Of a stretch of 64,000 bases of DNA, positions 1 to 11,454 are shown piece after piece (positions within the stretch are counted from its first letter, which is position 1; each line of letters begins with the position of its first letter). The position numbers and the translations under genes are program-made. The DNA lies in contig NKIB01012647.1 of NCBI GenBank assembly GCA_002256025.1, forward strand, positions 1 to 64,000. The letters run 5' to 3'. This stretch comes from Asterionella formosa (lineage: Eukaryota). The notes beneath the pieces are model-generated. The model was given only the letters and a program-made list of their open reading frames with translations. It was not told the origin of the DNA and ran no database searches.

Positions 1-1004
1 TTTTTTTTCAGAACACACCATTTTGTCTGAAGAAGACCAAATGCCATTTCTATTCTTATCCTTAGCTGTGAAAGGAAAAAGTTAAATGTATCCTGTGTTG
101 GATCATCACGTTGTGAGCCAACAAAGGGAACAAGCATTACATCAGACAATGTGTAAGCTGCATCGCCGACCAGATAAAAACCTGTGTTGAATGCTGCAAC
201 TTGATCGAAAATGGAAGTTTTTTCAAAAGCTACTTGGTCACTGCATTTTCCCGGTGCAATTACACCAAAATAAATAAATCTTGAGTCAGCATCACAAACA
301 GCCTGGACATTGATTCCATAAGTCATGTAGTGACCGGAAAAAAATGAACCAGGGTTGTTGCCACTTTCAACTATAGTCGGGCGGTTGATGGTGGCAAGGA
401 AGCCGTCAATAGCACCAACACATCCTCTCATCACGCCCTCTGAGCTTTTGCATTCAAAGCTGGAAGCCAATTTGATAAATTCTTCTTTTTCTTTTGGAAA
501 AATAATTTCGAGTTCTTCACAGTTTAGTACAGCATCAATGAACAAATCACGACATCGATAAAGTGAAGCAATGCTACAACCGTAGGCATGACGAATGTCG
601 ATGTAACTGCCACCAGCCAGCCATCGCAAACCAATGGCTACCACAATTTCGGGAATTATGGGCTCAGAAGTGCCACATTTGGAATAATTCCCTGCAATCT
701 GAATTTCCAGCATGGAGGTGAGTTTTTTGAATGCTCTGTGTGACATTCTGTATGTCTTCTCGAAAGCAATCTCGTGATTGAGTTTCTCGACATGTGATTG
801 CCAGGAGATTCTTTCGTGGTGCCACTTGTGCCTTCGTTGTCGTCGTCGTTCAGATGACTGAAGCTGCCGTTTACAGCGTCGCCTTTGTCGTTTGGATGAG
901 TGTTCTTTTTCCTCTGCTTCCTTAGTTAAATGACAGAGGAAGAAGAAATCAAGATCACTACTGTCATCGTCATTATCATCAAGTAAATCAAATGGCGACG
1001 ACAT
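1..1004 (-). CDS. PIF/Harbinger (HARBI1-like, DDE_Tnp_4) transposase, 3' end runs off the window
   Basis: Hand translation from ATG at 1004 (MSSPFDLLDDND...) is open to base 1. It contains GLRWLAGGSY, GCVGAIDG, YGINVQAVCD, FYLVGDAAY and SQLRIRIEMAFGLLQTKW, the Harbinger DDE motifs. Confidence 0.92.
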   Translation of the reverse strand, partial: MSSPFDLLDDNDDDSSDLDFFFLCHLTKEAEEKEHSSKRQRRRCKRQLQSSERRRQRRHKWHHERISWQSHVEKLNHEIAFEKTYRMSHRAFKKLTSMLEIQIAGNYSKCGTSEPIIPEIVVAIGLRWLAGGSYIDIRHAYGCSIASLYRCRDLFIDAVLNCEELEIIFPKEKEEFIKLASSFECKSSEGVMRGCVGAIDGFLATINRPTIVESGNNPGSFFSGHYMTYGINVQAVCDADSRFIYFGVIAPGKCSDQVAFEKTSIFDQVAAFNTGFYLVGDAAYTLSDVMLVPFVGSQRDDPTQDTFNFFLSQLRIRIEMAFGLLQTKWCVLKK

Positions 1005-1298
1005 GATTCATGCAAATGTGTGTTTTTAATATTATATTTAGTTTCCCGGTAATTATATTTTGTTGTTGCTTGATATCAAGACCATCATTATATTCTGGAG
1101 GGATATACACATGATCTTCGCCAGCCTGTTGCCGTTGAAGATTCATTTTACTCCATGATACAATGTGATCACAAATTAGTGATACAGTGACACTTTTGGA
1201 ATGAATGAAATTCAGTTCAAATCGAGTTACCGTTGCTGATACATTTTCAAAAAAATTCAAATTCCGTGATACACGAAAAAAAATGATAAGAACGACCC
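1..1298 (-). mobile_element. Harbinger DNA transposon, one terminus at 1298
   Basis: Terminus reads GGGTCGTTCTTATCATTTT on the minus strand and is followed by TTA (1299-1301), the canonical Harbinger TWA target. The other end is outside the window. Confidence 0.75.
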
Positions 1299-1431
1299 TT
1301 AGTACATACCTGGCACCGGAATTCCGTATCAATAAAAACGCAACCGGGACCTGGAACTCTCTCCTACGTACAGCACTGAACATTGAGTACCGGTACGGTA
1401 CATACCGGTATTTGTCATTATCAAGTCCACC

Positions 1432-2658
1432 ATGATGGGTCACAGCAACAGTCTCCCTGCAAACAGACCACGCTTCACTTTAACAAGGTGGCGTTCCATT
1501 CGCAGTATTCCTTTACAACTCGTGTGTGTCACAGTTTGTTGGTCGTCGTCAGCTGCAACAGGAAGAACGCATGACAATAGCATCGACCTGAACGACCGTA
1601 TCAGAGGTGCTTACTACGGAGCCCTCGTCGCAGACGCATTGTGTTTGGGATCTCACTACGAATACGATGCAAAGAAAATCAAGCAAGCGTATGGAGGCGA
1701 TTCTATTCAGCGATACATGGCGCCTGGTGAACAAATGGGAGGAGAAACGCATGGAATTGGATGGGGCGCCAGAAATTACCACCCAGGCACAGTTGCTGGA
1801 GACCAGACTGACTATGGAGAGTACAACGTATTGATATTAGAGCACCTAGCGCAATCAGCGGAAAATCCTCATTCCTTCGATGTTACTGAATTTATCCCGA
1901 TATGGCAAAATAGGCTCCTGCATGGATGGAAGCAATGGGTTTGCACTCAAACGAAACAAGCTTTTCAACAAGTGCAACAAGGGATAGCAGTGAATCAATT
2001 GGGCGGAAACAGCAATGCCATGGCTTTGAGGTTTGCATCCGTTTTTAGTTATTTCGAAACAGAAGATGAAGTGGTAGATGCTGCTCTCAAAACAATGTTT
2101 ACTCATCGCGAGAGAACTGCGTTGCTGGGAGGAGAGTTTTTCGCCCGCGTCACATATCGCATCCTTCACCAAAACCTGACACCTCGTCAAGCTATTGATC
2201 AGGTTGCAGCCGAAAGCGATCCATGGATTCAACAGAAGGTGATGCAGGCCATCTCGAAGTTTGAAGAAGCGATGAAGCCACCTCTTTCAAATGAGGAGTT
2301 CGTTGACGACTTGGCCTTGACAAGCATGGCTAGACTATGGGATGTAGGAAAATCGGAGCCTATCAAGGTGGGTAAGGCTAGTCCAACCGAAGGGACGTTG
2401 CCAGGAGCGATCTATTTTATACTCAAATATCCAGACAATTTGGTCAAAAGTGCCAAGGCCAATGCCATGGTAGGTGGGGACAACGCTTCGCGGGCCATTG
2501 CTATTGGTATGGTGTTGGGTGCTGCGCATGGTGTCAAGGCTGGGATACCCAAGGAGCTACAGGATGGATTGAATCATTGGAGGCATAGCGAGGCACTCTT
2601 GAAGGAAATGCCATTGATAAAGGCGAATCCTGTTGCATCAATAGGTAATGAGTTATGA
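1432..2658 (+). CDS. ADP-ribosylglycohydrolase / crystallin J1 family protein
   Basis: 408-aa ORF with RIRGAYYGALVADAL, GDQTDYG, GGNSNAMALR and GGDNASRAIAIGMVLGA motifs, plus an N-terminal extension with a hydrophobic patch. Confidence 0.85.
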   Translation: MMGHSNSLPANRPRFTLTRWRSIRSIPLQLVCVTVCWSSSAATGRTHDNSIDLNDRIRGAYYGALVADALCLGSHYEYDAKKIKQAYGGDSIQRYMAPGEQMGGETHGIGWGARNYHPGTVAGDQTDYGEYNVLILEHLAQSAENPHSFDVTEFIPIWQNRLLHGWKQWVCTQTKQAFQQVQQGIAVNQLGGNSNAMALRFASVFSYFETEDEVVDAALKTMFTHRERTALLGGEFFARVTYRILHQNLTPRQAIDQVAAESDPWIQQKVMQAISKFEEAMKPPLSNEEFVDDLALTSMARLWDVGKSEPIKVGKASPTEGTLPGAIYFILKYPDNLVKSAKANAMVGGDNASRAIAIGMVLGAAHGVKAGIPKELQDGLNHWRHSEALLKEMPLIKANPVASIGNEL

Positions 2659-3439
2659 CTACTTATTTCTCATGTTGGAAACTGATTGTGTCTCGTTGAT
2701 GCCCCCGCTAGCTAGTTCCCGAAATGATGCGTAGCAGACCAACCGTAGTTATTTCAACAACGTTCCAAGAGAACTGTGTAGAGCTGATGAGTCCATAAGT
2801 GCTGTGGCTCAGGTACCTGTCGCAATTTTGAATATAGATAAATGTTCATACATAGGATCAATTTAATTACTCATCCAGGTTTCAACGGATATTCGATATG
2901 AGTTCAATCTCTTTGGTGAGAGGGAATCTCCAGATCTTTCGTTCTAGGCCTGTCATAGGGAGGACAAAGGGTATGCAGTGAAGTACTATCGGTATATGAT
3001 TGACCCAAGTGAGTGCAACAAAAGGCCACAAGAAAAAATATCTCAATTCAGTGTCAAATAACTCATAGATTTTTCTGGCTCGATCTCCTCAGAGGAATTC
3101 TAAACCATGTCATGTTAGATCTGATTATGTGCTAAGGCGACATTTCGCCTCTTTTATCTCAAAACAGTTGTAACCAAAAGGCAAGCTCTAAGTCACTGGG
3201 TGAGAAATGTGCTCAATATTTGAGTATGAACAACGAAAGATTCTATTCTGCTAATACTCTGCAAAGCAGTCATCAAGAACGACGTATAACTGTGGAGCAC
3301 GAACAGAAAAATATATTGCATGGCTAAAGGAAGTGGGGATAGTAGGGTGGGGTCCAGTTCAAAAATCTCTAAAAGACAATGATTGACAACAATAAGAAGC
3401 ACACTCTACATAGCTCTGTTTTTGCCATGGTAAGCTCCT

Positions 3440-3889
3440 TTAGTCTTGCCTCGCTTTTTTCGCCCTCTCACTGTCTAGTACCAACGATCGTTTCCGCTTA
3501 CGCTCCTTCTTTACTGCTTTTTTCATCGCCTTTGCCTCCTTCTTCTCTTTCTTGGCTTGCTTCTTTTCTTCTCTACTTCTTGGTGTAGCGTCATTTTCTA
3601 TTTTAACTTGCGCGACAGCTTCCTCAAGCTTGACTGTGCCTGGAGAAACACAACTAGTTTCTGATTTTGTAACTGCTTCATCGTTGGATTCATCCCTGCC
3701 AGGATTTTGGAAAATCGACGGTAAGGAAGCATCAAAGGAGAGGTACACTTGCTCTAGGCGAGTGAAACGTTCATCAGCGACAGGATGCATCCGCTGTTCA
3801 CTGACGAGAAACCGATGTATCATGTTCTTTGCCGTTGTATTCGTAACAGATCGGACGGCAAGGACACGGGATATTTTGGGATCTTCCAT
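3440..3889 (-). CDS. Hypothetical small protein with Lys/Glu-rich basic C-terminus (possibly nuclear or nucleolar)
   Basis: 149-aa ATG ORF with gene-like GC content and a tail EKKQAKKEKKEAKAMKKAVKKERKRKR. Confidence 0.6.
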   Translation of the reverse strand: MEDPKISRVLAVRSVTNTTAKNMIHRFLVSEQRMHPVADERFTRLEQVYLSFDASLPSIFQNPGRDESNDEAVTKSETSCVSPGTVKLEEAVAQVKIENDATPRSREEKKQAKKEKKEAKAMKKAVKKERKRKRSLVLDSERAKKARQD

Positions 3890-4629
3890 TCTGCTGTGAT
3901 CTTTATTGTTGCCACAAGGATATATTAGAGTTTAGAATACAGTAATGATGGAGAACGAGATGGAATTTAGTGGGTGTGGCGCAGAGTGTTATCATAACAG
4001 CGGTGAGGAGCATCCAAGCGAAGCACAAGAGCCGAAAGCAGCCGTGTATACCCATAGATAGCGCCTGGTATATTACAGAGGATGTCAAAGGATGCTACAT
4101 CAGCCATTCATATTTTGTACCGGTACCAGTATAAAATGGCTTTGAGCCACGTTATTACATCGTTTTCCCACTAATTCTTGATTTATGCTAAAATCGATCC
4201 CCTCTTTCGCCCTTTGGCACGATATAAATTAGTTCATTAAGCTAAATGAGATTTAGATCATTTTTATACTTGAACGGTAGATTAACTGAGATCTATCCAT
4301 TTTCAAAGTGGCAAAACCGGTCGAAGTGGCTCAAAACCATTGATTAAAATTTTGCCTTACATGAGGTAAATCGTTCGCATGTTCTTTCTCAGTAGTTGTA
4401 TCGTTCTCAGACTGGTGATGTTCCCATCATACCTTGTTGGTTCTGTCTAAGACTCCTCGTATTTTCTCGCAGTTGTTGCATCGTTCTGAGACTGGTGGTC
4501 CTCCCATCATATCTTGTCGGGTAATAGGAGTGACTGAAGGGTGAGGAATTGGCGCCATTACAGGTGCAACTGGTACTGTAGCGTTGCCACACATCATGGT
4601 GTCAAGGTATCCGGTAAGTAGAACTTGCT

Positions 4630-5340
4630 TCATTGTTGGTAATGGATGATCGCCCACTCAATAGTACCATATCGCCATTTTTTTCGTTTGTGCCACTGTC
4701 CACTGGCTGTCAACTCTGCTGGCTGTTTGTTTAGCATTCTGATTGCATAAACTTTGTTTGCAAGCGCCATGTGTGCATCTATTTTCTCATGCTCTTGCTC
4801 ACTCTGCACTCCTTCTGCGTGTCTCTTCCTATTCAGCTGGTCATCGACCACTTCAGGACCCCAAAAGTACCTGCCTGCAGCAGCATAAAAGCCGGCTGTG
4901 CCTCGTTTCTTGCTTGCAATCGCCCTTAGTGCAGCTGTTTCTTTTTGTTGGCGGGCAAGTTCATTCAGATTTATTCCGTTTCTAAGTGTCCTCAAAATTG
5001 CGATACTGTACAACCTGATCAACAAGGGTTCCAGTGGCTGATGCATTGGCTCAAGTTGAGTCCGTATGGGGGAATGGAAGAGACAGGTTGATTATTGTTT
5101 GCTTCTGTTTGCAGATTTGAGGTAATTGTCAGTTGAATTTCCAGATGGAGCAACAAGTTGTAGTTCAATGGAACCCAACCTTGTTTAGCAACAGCTTTTT
5201 GTTTTGTAGCGATATGGGTAAAGTATTCATCCCAAGCTTTCAACACCAGATCAATAATGTCATCCTTTTCAACAGCAAATGCAGCACATCGCCTTTCCTT
5301 TTGGTTGAGCAAGTGTCTCTTGCATTTCGTGAGTTGGATC
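4630..5340 (-). pseudogene. Degenerate pogo/DDE_1-type transposase C-terminal remnant
   Basis: DDIIDLVLKAWDEYFTHIATKQKAVAKQGWVPLNYNLLLHLEI resembles the post-catalytic 'LV..AW......N..A...GW.P.N' segment of pogo-like transposases. The frame is fragmented. Confidence 0.5.
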
Positions 5341-6175
5341 TTTATACTTGAATTTGTCATCTGGGTAGAAATCGATGAGGTATGTCCTGTCAACGACTGT
5401 GAATCATATAGTGTCATAGTTACAGGTAATTGTACTAGTGAATTAGTTGCCTTTCCCGCCTGAGTTAGCTTCTGCAATGGTACTACTGGACCATAGGTTT
5501 TGTTAGCCAAGCCAGCATAGCCGCCTTCGATGCAACAATATTCGATATTGCACCATATGGTATTTTGCCATTGTTTTTTGCTTTTCAAAGTTTCTAATTC
5601 CAGTACTATATTTTTTCAAATAAGTGAAACTATAGTCTTATCCAAAGAATTAGGTATCACCTTGTACTTTTTGGATGATTGAGGCTGTATTCTTGCTGTA
5701 AGTTTCATCATTGTTAATGAGATGACTGCGATTTGCTTCATTTTGTGGTGTGTCAGAAGCAATTTCTGCAGTGAATTACAGTCTCTGACATAAAAATAAG
5801 GGTCCATTTTTTGGCCTTCAAGAAATATTGCATTTATTTACTAAGAGTGACTAGTTGAATTACATTTACTGCTATAGAACATGGACCATGGCGGTTAAAT
5901 GCCACTAAATATATATTAGATATTAAGTTTGCTTTCTAAACAAATGTATTTGTGTATTTCCGGGAGGTGCCTTCTCAATGGTGTATAATATTGTTTTTGC
6001 CACTTTTGGGCCGATTGCTACTTTCCGACACATTTATCTGATTATCTAAAGCACAAGACCTAATCAACAACTAGCGATGCTGTATCCGGCGCAACATCAG
6101 GAACAACATTGTCTTACTAAAAATTGTCATAACTGGAAAATCAAAAAATATCTATGTATACACTATGCCAAATTT

Positions 6176-6580
6176 GGCAATTCCCGCTCCAGCTATCGTC
6201 TTGCCATTTGGGTACTTCTAAGTAATTTTTAGGCTCTAAGTAATTTCTTAAGTAATTTTTATTTAAGGGCAATATGGGGCACATCGAATTTTTCGGCAAT
6301 AAAATTGCCGATTTTAGCAAGACAACCAGAATAACGGTAATATGCATATAGATGGTACAACAAGCATGGAACACACGAGAATGATTGTGACATGCAACAT
6401 CAATGAAAATTGAACATGATGTTTGGAGCAACCAAAGTATGAAATGCGATGTAATAAGTAGCATCAAATGAGAAATAGAAAAAATTGTTTTGGGTTAGAA
6501 ATGAAATAAAAAATAGGAGTTTCAATGGAGACGTATGCATTGTGAATCATGACGCGACGATAGCTAGAGCGTGTATTGCC
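6176..6580. mobile_element. MITE, 'GGCAAT' family (short derivative of 38836-40722)
   Basis: Terminal inverted repeats (TIRs) GGCAATTCCCGCTCCAGCTATCGTC and GACGATAGCTAGAGCGTGTATTGCC. About 370 bp align closely with 38836-39210. Confidence 0.8.
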
Positions 6581-6619
6581 TTCAGCAAGCACCCCAAATA
6601 ATAGTACATGTGCATCCAA

Positions 6620-7180
6620 TGTGGCCGCTGTAAGTTTGCAATGCCCTGCAGATCAGGCCAATCAAATGGAGGTTAGTAATTCACATTGACCAATCATATT
6701 ATATATGTTGAAGCAAGCACTTACAATGGATTTTGTTGGACCAAAGATTTCAGGACTAAAACTTCCGGAGCATGACTACTTTTCCAATGATGATGTTTTG
6801 GCTCATAGTCATTCTGATTCTGATATTTTGGCGACCATAGAAAAGGCCGATTTTGTCGAATTTTTGGAAGACAATAGCTCAACATTGGCTGTGTCTGAAG
6901 GCGATTTAGATACAAAGGTAACTTTCAAATAGCATCAGTATGTATCTTCCGGCAGCCAAGAAATGGCAGCAAGGAATTTCGGTTCTTTTACTAAGCCAAA
7001 TAAACAGATTTCCCCCAAGTTTTCCAGCCATTTTAACAGAGTATAAAAAACCGAAGTTTCTTTCTGCAGTTTCTTGCCAGATCCTATATCCTGACAATAT
7101 ATAGAGTGGACCTACACCCCTACATTGTCCGAAGACTGTATGTAAGCACATGAAAAGGGTGTATATTGGTGAAAGCTCCA
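6620..7180 (+). repeat. Diverged internal segment related to the Kolobok-like elements at 22577 and 62283
   Basis: Shared blocks such as ATATTTTGGCGAC...GAAAA(G/A)GCCGAT...GTCGA(A/C)TTTTTGGA and GACTGTAT(G/C)TAAGCA...ATATTGGTGAAAGCT also occur at 23255-23590. Confidence 0.55.
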
Positions 7181-8281
7181 GTGAGTGATATACATTTATG
7201 TTTTACTAGTAAGAAATGTATGTCTGATTAGCCTGAATCAATTTTATTTTTGTATTCCTACCTCGTGCTAGGCAGGGGTTCAAATGCAGCACCCTAAAGT
7301 CTAGAATGTGACCAGGATTGGCAAGCAAATGAAGAAAAATCGTTTTCCGATTGACCCCTCATTTACTTGCTCTCAATGGCAGCAACAAAACGAAATTGTT
7401 TTAGCTGTAAACAATGAGAAGAATTTAGAATTCTTTTTACCGGCAAATTCAATTGCCCTTTTAGTCGAAAATCTAGTTTGAGAAGCACAACAGCATTTCT
7501 TGCATGCGATGTTCGGTCCAAATCTGGAGCATTCGTAGCTTTAACGCCAGTCGTTACGTGTCTCGCTGAAAACGTTTCAATGAATTTTCACATGAATGTT
7601 CTGCCAGCAAAGGCTAGAGAGTACCAGTACTCCCTGTATTATGAATTTGTACAGGTACCATAATATATGATATCTCCCGCCAGGCCGCCACATACTTTAC
7701 CTCCGCACCTTGGATACGACAGGTAGGCAAATGAATGGAGATTATCTGTATATACAACATATATGTAGGGATTGGGGGTACCGTCAAGTTGGTTGTCGCA
7801 TGTCGGATTGCTTGCTTGCTTCTAATTCTTATATCCATATATGAGCACTGTATGTTGATTGTGTATTGTTCTTTGTCGTCTTGTTCCAGCCACGTACCCG
7901 GTACAAGGTACCAGGTTCTCCATGTTAGTTCTTGGAGTAGGTACCAGATACCTGGTAGCTGGTCATCATTCGCCTCCGCAGCACGACTTGAGAACGAGCT
8001 CTGTATCCCGCTGTTCTCGCACATACCCTCTACATATCTTTGGTATTAAACGTCGATGTATGGTCATCGTTATTACTTGTGAGCGTTGCTCATCGTGGAT
8101 CAACCAATGCTCCACCGGGGTATGTACTGGTATTCTGTAGATGGCTGATCAGATGAATCTGGATCGATGTGAACTAAAATACTACGTACCGGTTGGACCC
8201 CTACGCATACCTGCAGTCGTTGTATGGCATCATTGCTCAATCGTTCGCTTCGTGACATTGAACCAATCATTCACTATTGTC

Positions 8282-9763
8282 ATGAGCCAGATTCCAATTG
8301 TGAAAGGCACTATTGTCCAAGGACAGCCTGCTCCGCCGCAGTATGGACAGTACGGACGAAGCGGCAATGATTCGCAATACAATCAGTCGGGCTATGTTCA
8401 GCAGCAACAGGATCCTTACGGTGTCAACGCATCGGACATGTTCGGGTCCTCCGACACAAGTTTCAACGGTGTCAAGGGAACTCCGCAGGCCAAAGGGTTC
8501 AAAGATGTCATATTCGCCATTGCCTTCATCATCCACTTGGTCGTCATGATGGTCGTCATGGCGGGCTTTACTGTGTCAGCGCAAAACGGATACAACTACA
8601 AAGGCGTTGTTTACTGCGTCTCCACCTGTGCATTAGTGGCGTTGGGACTTTCAACTATGGCTCTTGGGTTCATGATGAATTTCGCAACCGAACTAGTCAA
8701 GATAGCATTGTTTTTCAGTGTAGGATGTTCCTTGGCTGTTGGAATTTTGGGGGCACTCTCGAGCCAAATGCTCATGTGTATTGTGGGCTTTGCTTCCTTT
8801 CTATTGGGATGTTGCTACGCATACTTTGTCTGGCCGCGCATCCCTTTTGCAGCTGCCAACCTTCGAACCGGTCTCGCCGGAGTTCGATCGAACTTAGGGT
8901 TGACCATTGTCGCTTATGTCTTTCTCGCCCTGGCCTTTGCGTGGACTGTTTGGTGGTCTATTGCGGCAGGGGCAGCCATGTCCAGTATCGGCGGGACCGC
9001 CCTCTTCTTCTTTTTCCTCTCCTTTTATTGGACGCACGAAGTACTCAAGAACACTGTCCATGTTACTGTGGCGGGCGTCATTGGGACCTGGTGGTTTGCT
9101 CCAGAGGAAGCATCGAGCTTCTGCAGTGGCGCCATTATGGACTCATTTGTTCGGGCCACGACCTACTCATTTGGATCCATTTGTTTTGGTTCATTGCTGG
9201 TGGCAATCGTCCAAGCCTTGCGAGCACTTCATCGACATGCCCATGAAAATGATGATTGCTCCTTTGTCATTTGCATTGTTGACTGTATCTTGGGATGCAT
9301 TGAGGGCATTATTGAATATCTGAACAAATGGGCTTATGTCTATGTCGGTCTGTATGGATACAGCTACCTTGACGGTGGTCGCAATGTTATGACTCTCTTT
9401 CAAAACAAGGGGTGGTCTACAATCATCGCAGATGACTTGGCCGACAATGTACTTTTCATGGTTAGCGTGGCAATTGGTTTGTTTACTGGTCTTGTTGGTC
9501 TCATCATTGCCACTTTGGACAAAAATATTTTTGCTGGTGTGGGCTATGATGATAATGTTGGTGGGATTGGCTTTATTGTTGGATTTTTGGTAGGCTATCT
9601 TTTCGCCAGCATCACGATGAGTGTTGTTGCAAGTGCTGTCAATACTGTGATTGTTTGCTTTGCAGAAGCACCTGCTGAATTTGAGCAAAATCATCCTTTG
9701 CTGAGCCAAGAAATGAGAGGAGCTTGGGTGCGGGCATGGCCTGAATTTAGCTTCAACGCCTGA
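8282..9763 (+). CDS. CTL: Choline transporter-like (CTL/SLC44/PNS1 family) protein, paralog 1, intronless
   Basis: About 10 hydrophobic segments with RIPFAAANL, VHVTVAGVIGTWWF, SFGSICFGSLLVA, NKWAYVYVGLYGYSY and VNTVIVCFAEAP. Likely start is ATG 8282 (MSQIPIVKG), not 8141. Confidence 0.9.
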   Translation: MSQIPIVKGTIVQGQPAPPQYGQYGRSGNDSQYNQSGYVQQQQDPYGVNASDMFGSSDTSFNGVKGTPQAKGFKDVIFAIAFIIHLVVMMVVMAGFTVSAQNGYNYKGVVYCVSTCALVALGLSTMALGFMMNFATELVKIALFFSVGCSLAVGILGALSSQMLMCIVGFASFLLGCCYAYFVWPRIPFAAANLRTGLAGVRSNLGLTIVAYVFLALAFAWTVWWSIAAGAAMSSIGGTALFFFFLSFYWTHEVLKNTVHVTVAGVIGTWWFAPEEASSFCSGAIMDSFVRATTYSFGSICFGSLLVAIVQALRALHRHAHENDDCSFVICIVDCILGCIEGIIEYLNKWAYVYVGLYGYSYLDGGRNVMTLFQNKGWSTIIADDLADNVLFMVSVAIGLFTGLVGLIIATLDKNIFAGVGYDDNVGGIGFIVGFLVGYLFASITMSVVASAVNTVIVCFAEAPAEFEQNHPLLSQEMRGAWVRAWPEFSFNA

Positions 9764-9864
9764 ACAATCAAGAAAAAGTAGTAGATGTAACATGGACATG
9801 AATTTATAGTAAAAACATTATTGGTTGGTTTTTAAACTATTTTTTCATCAATGGAGTGTAATCC

Positions 9865-11454
9865 TTAATAATGGAACTCACTTGGCCATGCTTGACGCCA
9901 GGAGTCTCGCATATTATCTGATAGACGAGGATGGTTGGATTGGAATTCACTGGGGGCCTCCGCATAACAAACAATGACCGTGTTGACAGCACTGCTAACG
10001 ACGCTGAATAAGGTCAAGCTTAAGATTGCTCCAACAAGAAAACCAATACCAAATGGTATTGCTCCCCCTCCAAGATCAATTCCAGTGCCCACTGCAACCA
10101 AAAGGATGACAACACCAGTCATGATTCCAACACCGAAACTAACCATTCCCAATGCAGAATCAACCAAATTATCTGTTATAATTGTAGTCCATCCTCTGCT
10201 TCTGAACAAAGTCATGACATTCTTTCCAGCTTCCATAAAGGAGTATCCATATAGACCCACATATGTAAATGCCCACGTATTGAAATACTCAACCAATGAT
10301 TCAATGCACCCTAACAAGCACTCTGCGAGACAAGCAACTATTCCATCACCTTGTTCGCGCATTTGGTGAATTAGGCTCTTGATGGCTTGAATGATAGCTA
10401 CAAGCAACGATCCAAAACAAATAGAGCCAAAGGAAAATGTCATAGCCCGAAGCCATGAATCTCTCACGCCCCGCGAGCAGCACGAGGACGCTGTCCTGGG
10501 CTCAAACCACCAAGTTCCAACAGTCCCAGCTACCGTCACATGAACTACATTCTTGCTCACTTGTACCGTCCAATAGTAGGACAAAAAGAACAAAAAAGAG
10601 ATAATTCTATTGCCTTCATTTTCGCAATTCCCCGCAGCGTCATTGCACCCTGACGTGACATAGAGGGCAGATGAAAATGCAATGCTCCACCAAATGGACC
10701 AGAGAAAGGTGAGAATAAGCGATACATACGCAAAAAAGGTTACTCCAATGTTGGCACGGATGGCAGTAATGGCGGTCGTCATGTTGGCCGCTGCGAATGG
10801 TATCCTTGCCCATACGTAGTAGGCGTAGTACAAAGAAAAGGCAAACATGAAAAGCGCACCAATAGCCACCAGAATAACTCCGGCCAACAACATAATGACA
10901 GCCACAAGAAGGGAGGTGATGATGTTGAAAAAAAGAGCGGACTTGATCAAACATTCGGCACAGTTCATCATAAATCCAAGTGTCAATGACGAGATAAAAA
11001 AGCCAACCACACCCGAGGTTCCAAGAAGGAAAAGCACATGATTCATGTCATCTATAACTTGTGCTGCATCGTCGGTGGCTTGCTGGTTGTCAATATTTTG
11101 ATCTAGAAATCTCATGAGAAAGCGTTGTCCATTCGCACTTTGATCCTGAGCTTCTCGTAGTGAAGTCATCAAGATAGGTGCATAGGTAGCAGTACACCAA
11201 GCGATAACTCCAAGGTGAGCATAAAAGATAATTCCAAAGAGCATGTCATTGCAGCGCTTGGGCTGATGTTCTCCCTTCGTCCAGTTGTCGTCTTCGTCCT
11301 GGAATCTCCCTTGCTGTTGGGGCTGTCCATGATTGTAAGTGGTATTCCCTTGATCGAGACCTTGGGCATAGCCCTGTTGTTGATGCTGCTTCACAACAGT
11401 TCCTTGAACAACAACAGGAATGTCGTTGGTGGCGTAGTAAGGCTGTTGAGACAT
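9865..11454 (-). CDS. CTL: Choline transporter-like (CTL/SLC44) protein, paralog 2, intronless, tail-to-tail with paralog 1
   Basis: 529-aa ORF with the same family motifs (RIPFAAANM, VHVTVAGTVGTWWF, SFGSICFGSLLVA, YVGLYGYSF). Confidence 0.9.
   Translation of the reverse strand: MSQQPYYATNDIPVVVQGTVVKQHQQQGYAQGLDQGNTTYNHGQPQQQGRFQDEDDNWTKGEHQPKRCNDMLFGIIFYAHLGVIAWCTATYAPILMTSLREAQDQSANGQRFLMRFLDQNIDNQQATDDAAQVIDDMNHVLFLLGTSGVVGFFISSLTLGFMMNCAECLIKSALFFNIITSLLVAVIMLLAGVILVAIGALFMFAFSLYYAYYVWARIPFAAANMTTAITAIRANIGVTFFAYVSLILTFLWSIWWSIAFSSALYVTSGCNDAAGNCENEGNRIISFLFFLSYYWTVQVSKNVVHVTVAGTVGTWWFEPRTASSCCSRGVRDSWLRAMTFSFGSICFGSLLVAIIQAIKSLIHQMREQGDGIVACLAECLLGCIESLVEYFNTWAFTYVGLYGYSFMEAGKNVMTLFRSRGWTTIITDNLVDSALGMVSFGVGIMTGVVILLVAVGTGIDLGGGAIPFGIGFLVGAILSLTLFSVVSSAVNTVIVCYAEAPSEFQSNHPRLSDNMRDSWRQAWPSEFHY

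Noticed and set aside
4127..6025. Complete pogo element defined by GTGGC/GCCAC inverted motifs at about 4134, 4305-4341 and 5990-6024
   Set aside because: The motif orientation does not give a clear TA-flanked pair enclosing the remnant, so ends were not called.
8141..8281. Upstream extension of CTL paralog 1 (likewise 45835-46114 and 57333-57483 in the ORF track)
   Set aside because: These are in-frame runs through upstream, TIR or UTR sequence. Paralog comparison and presequences support the downstream ATGs.
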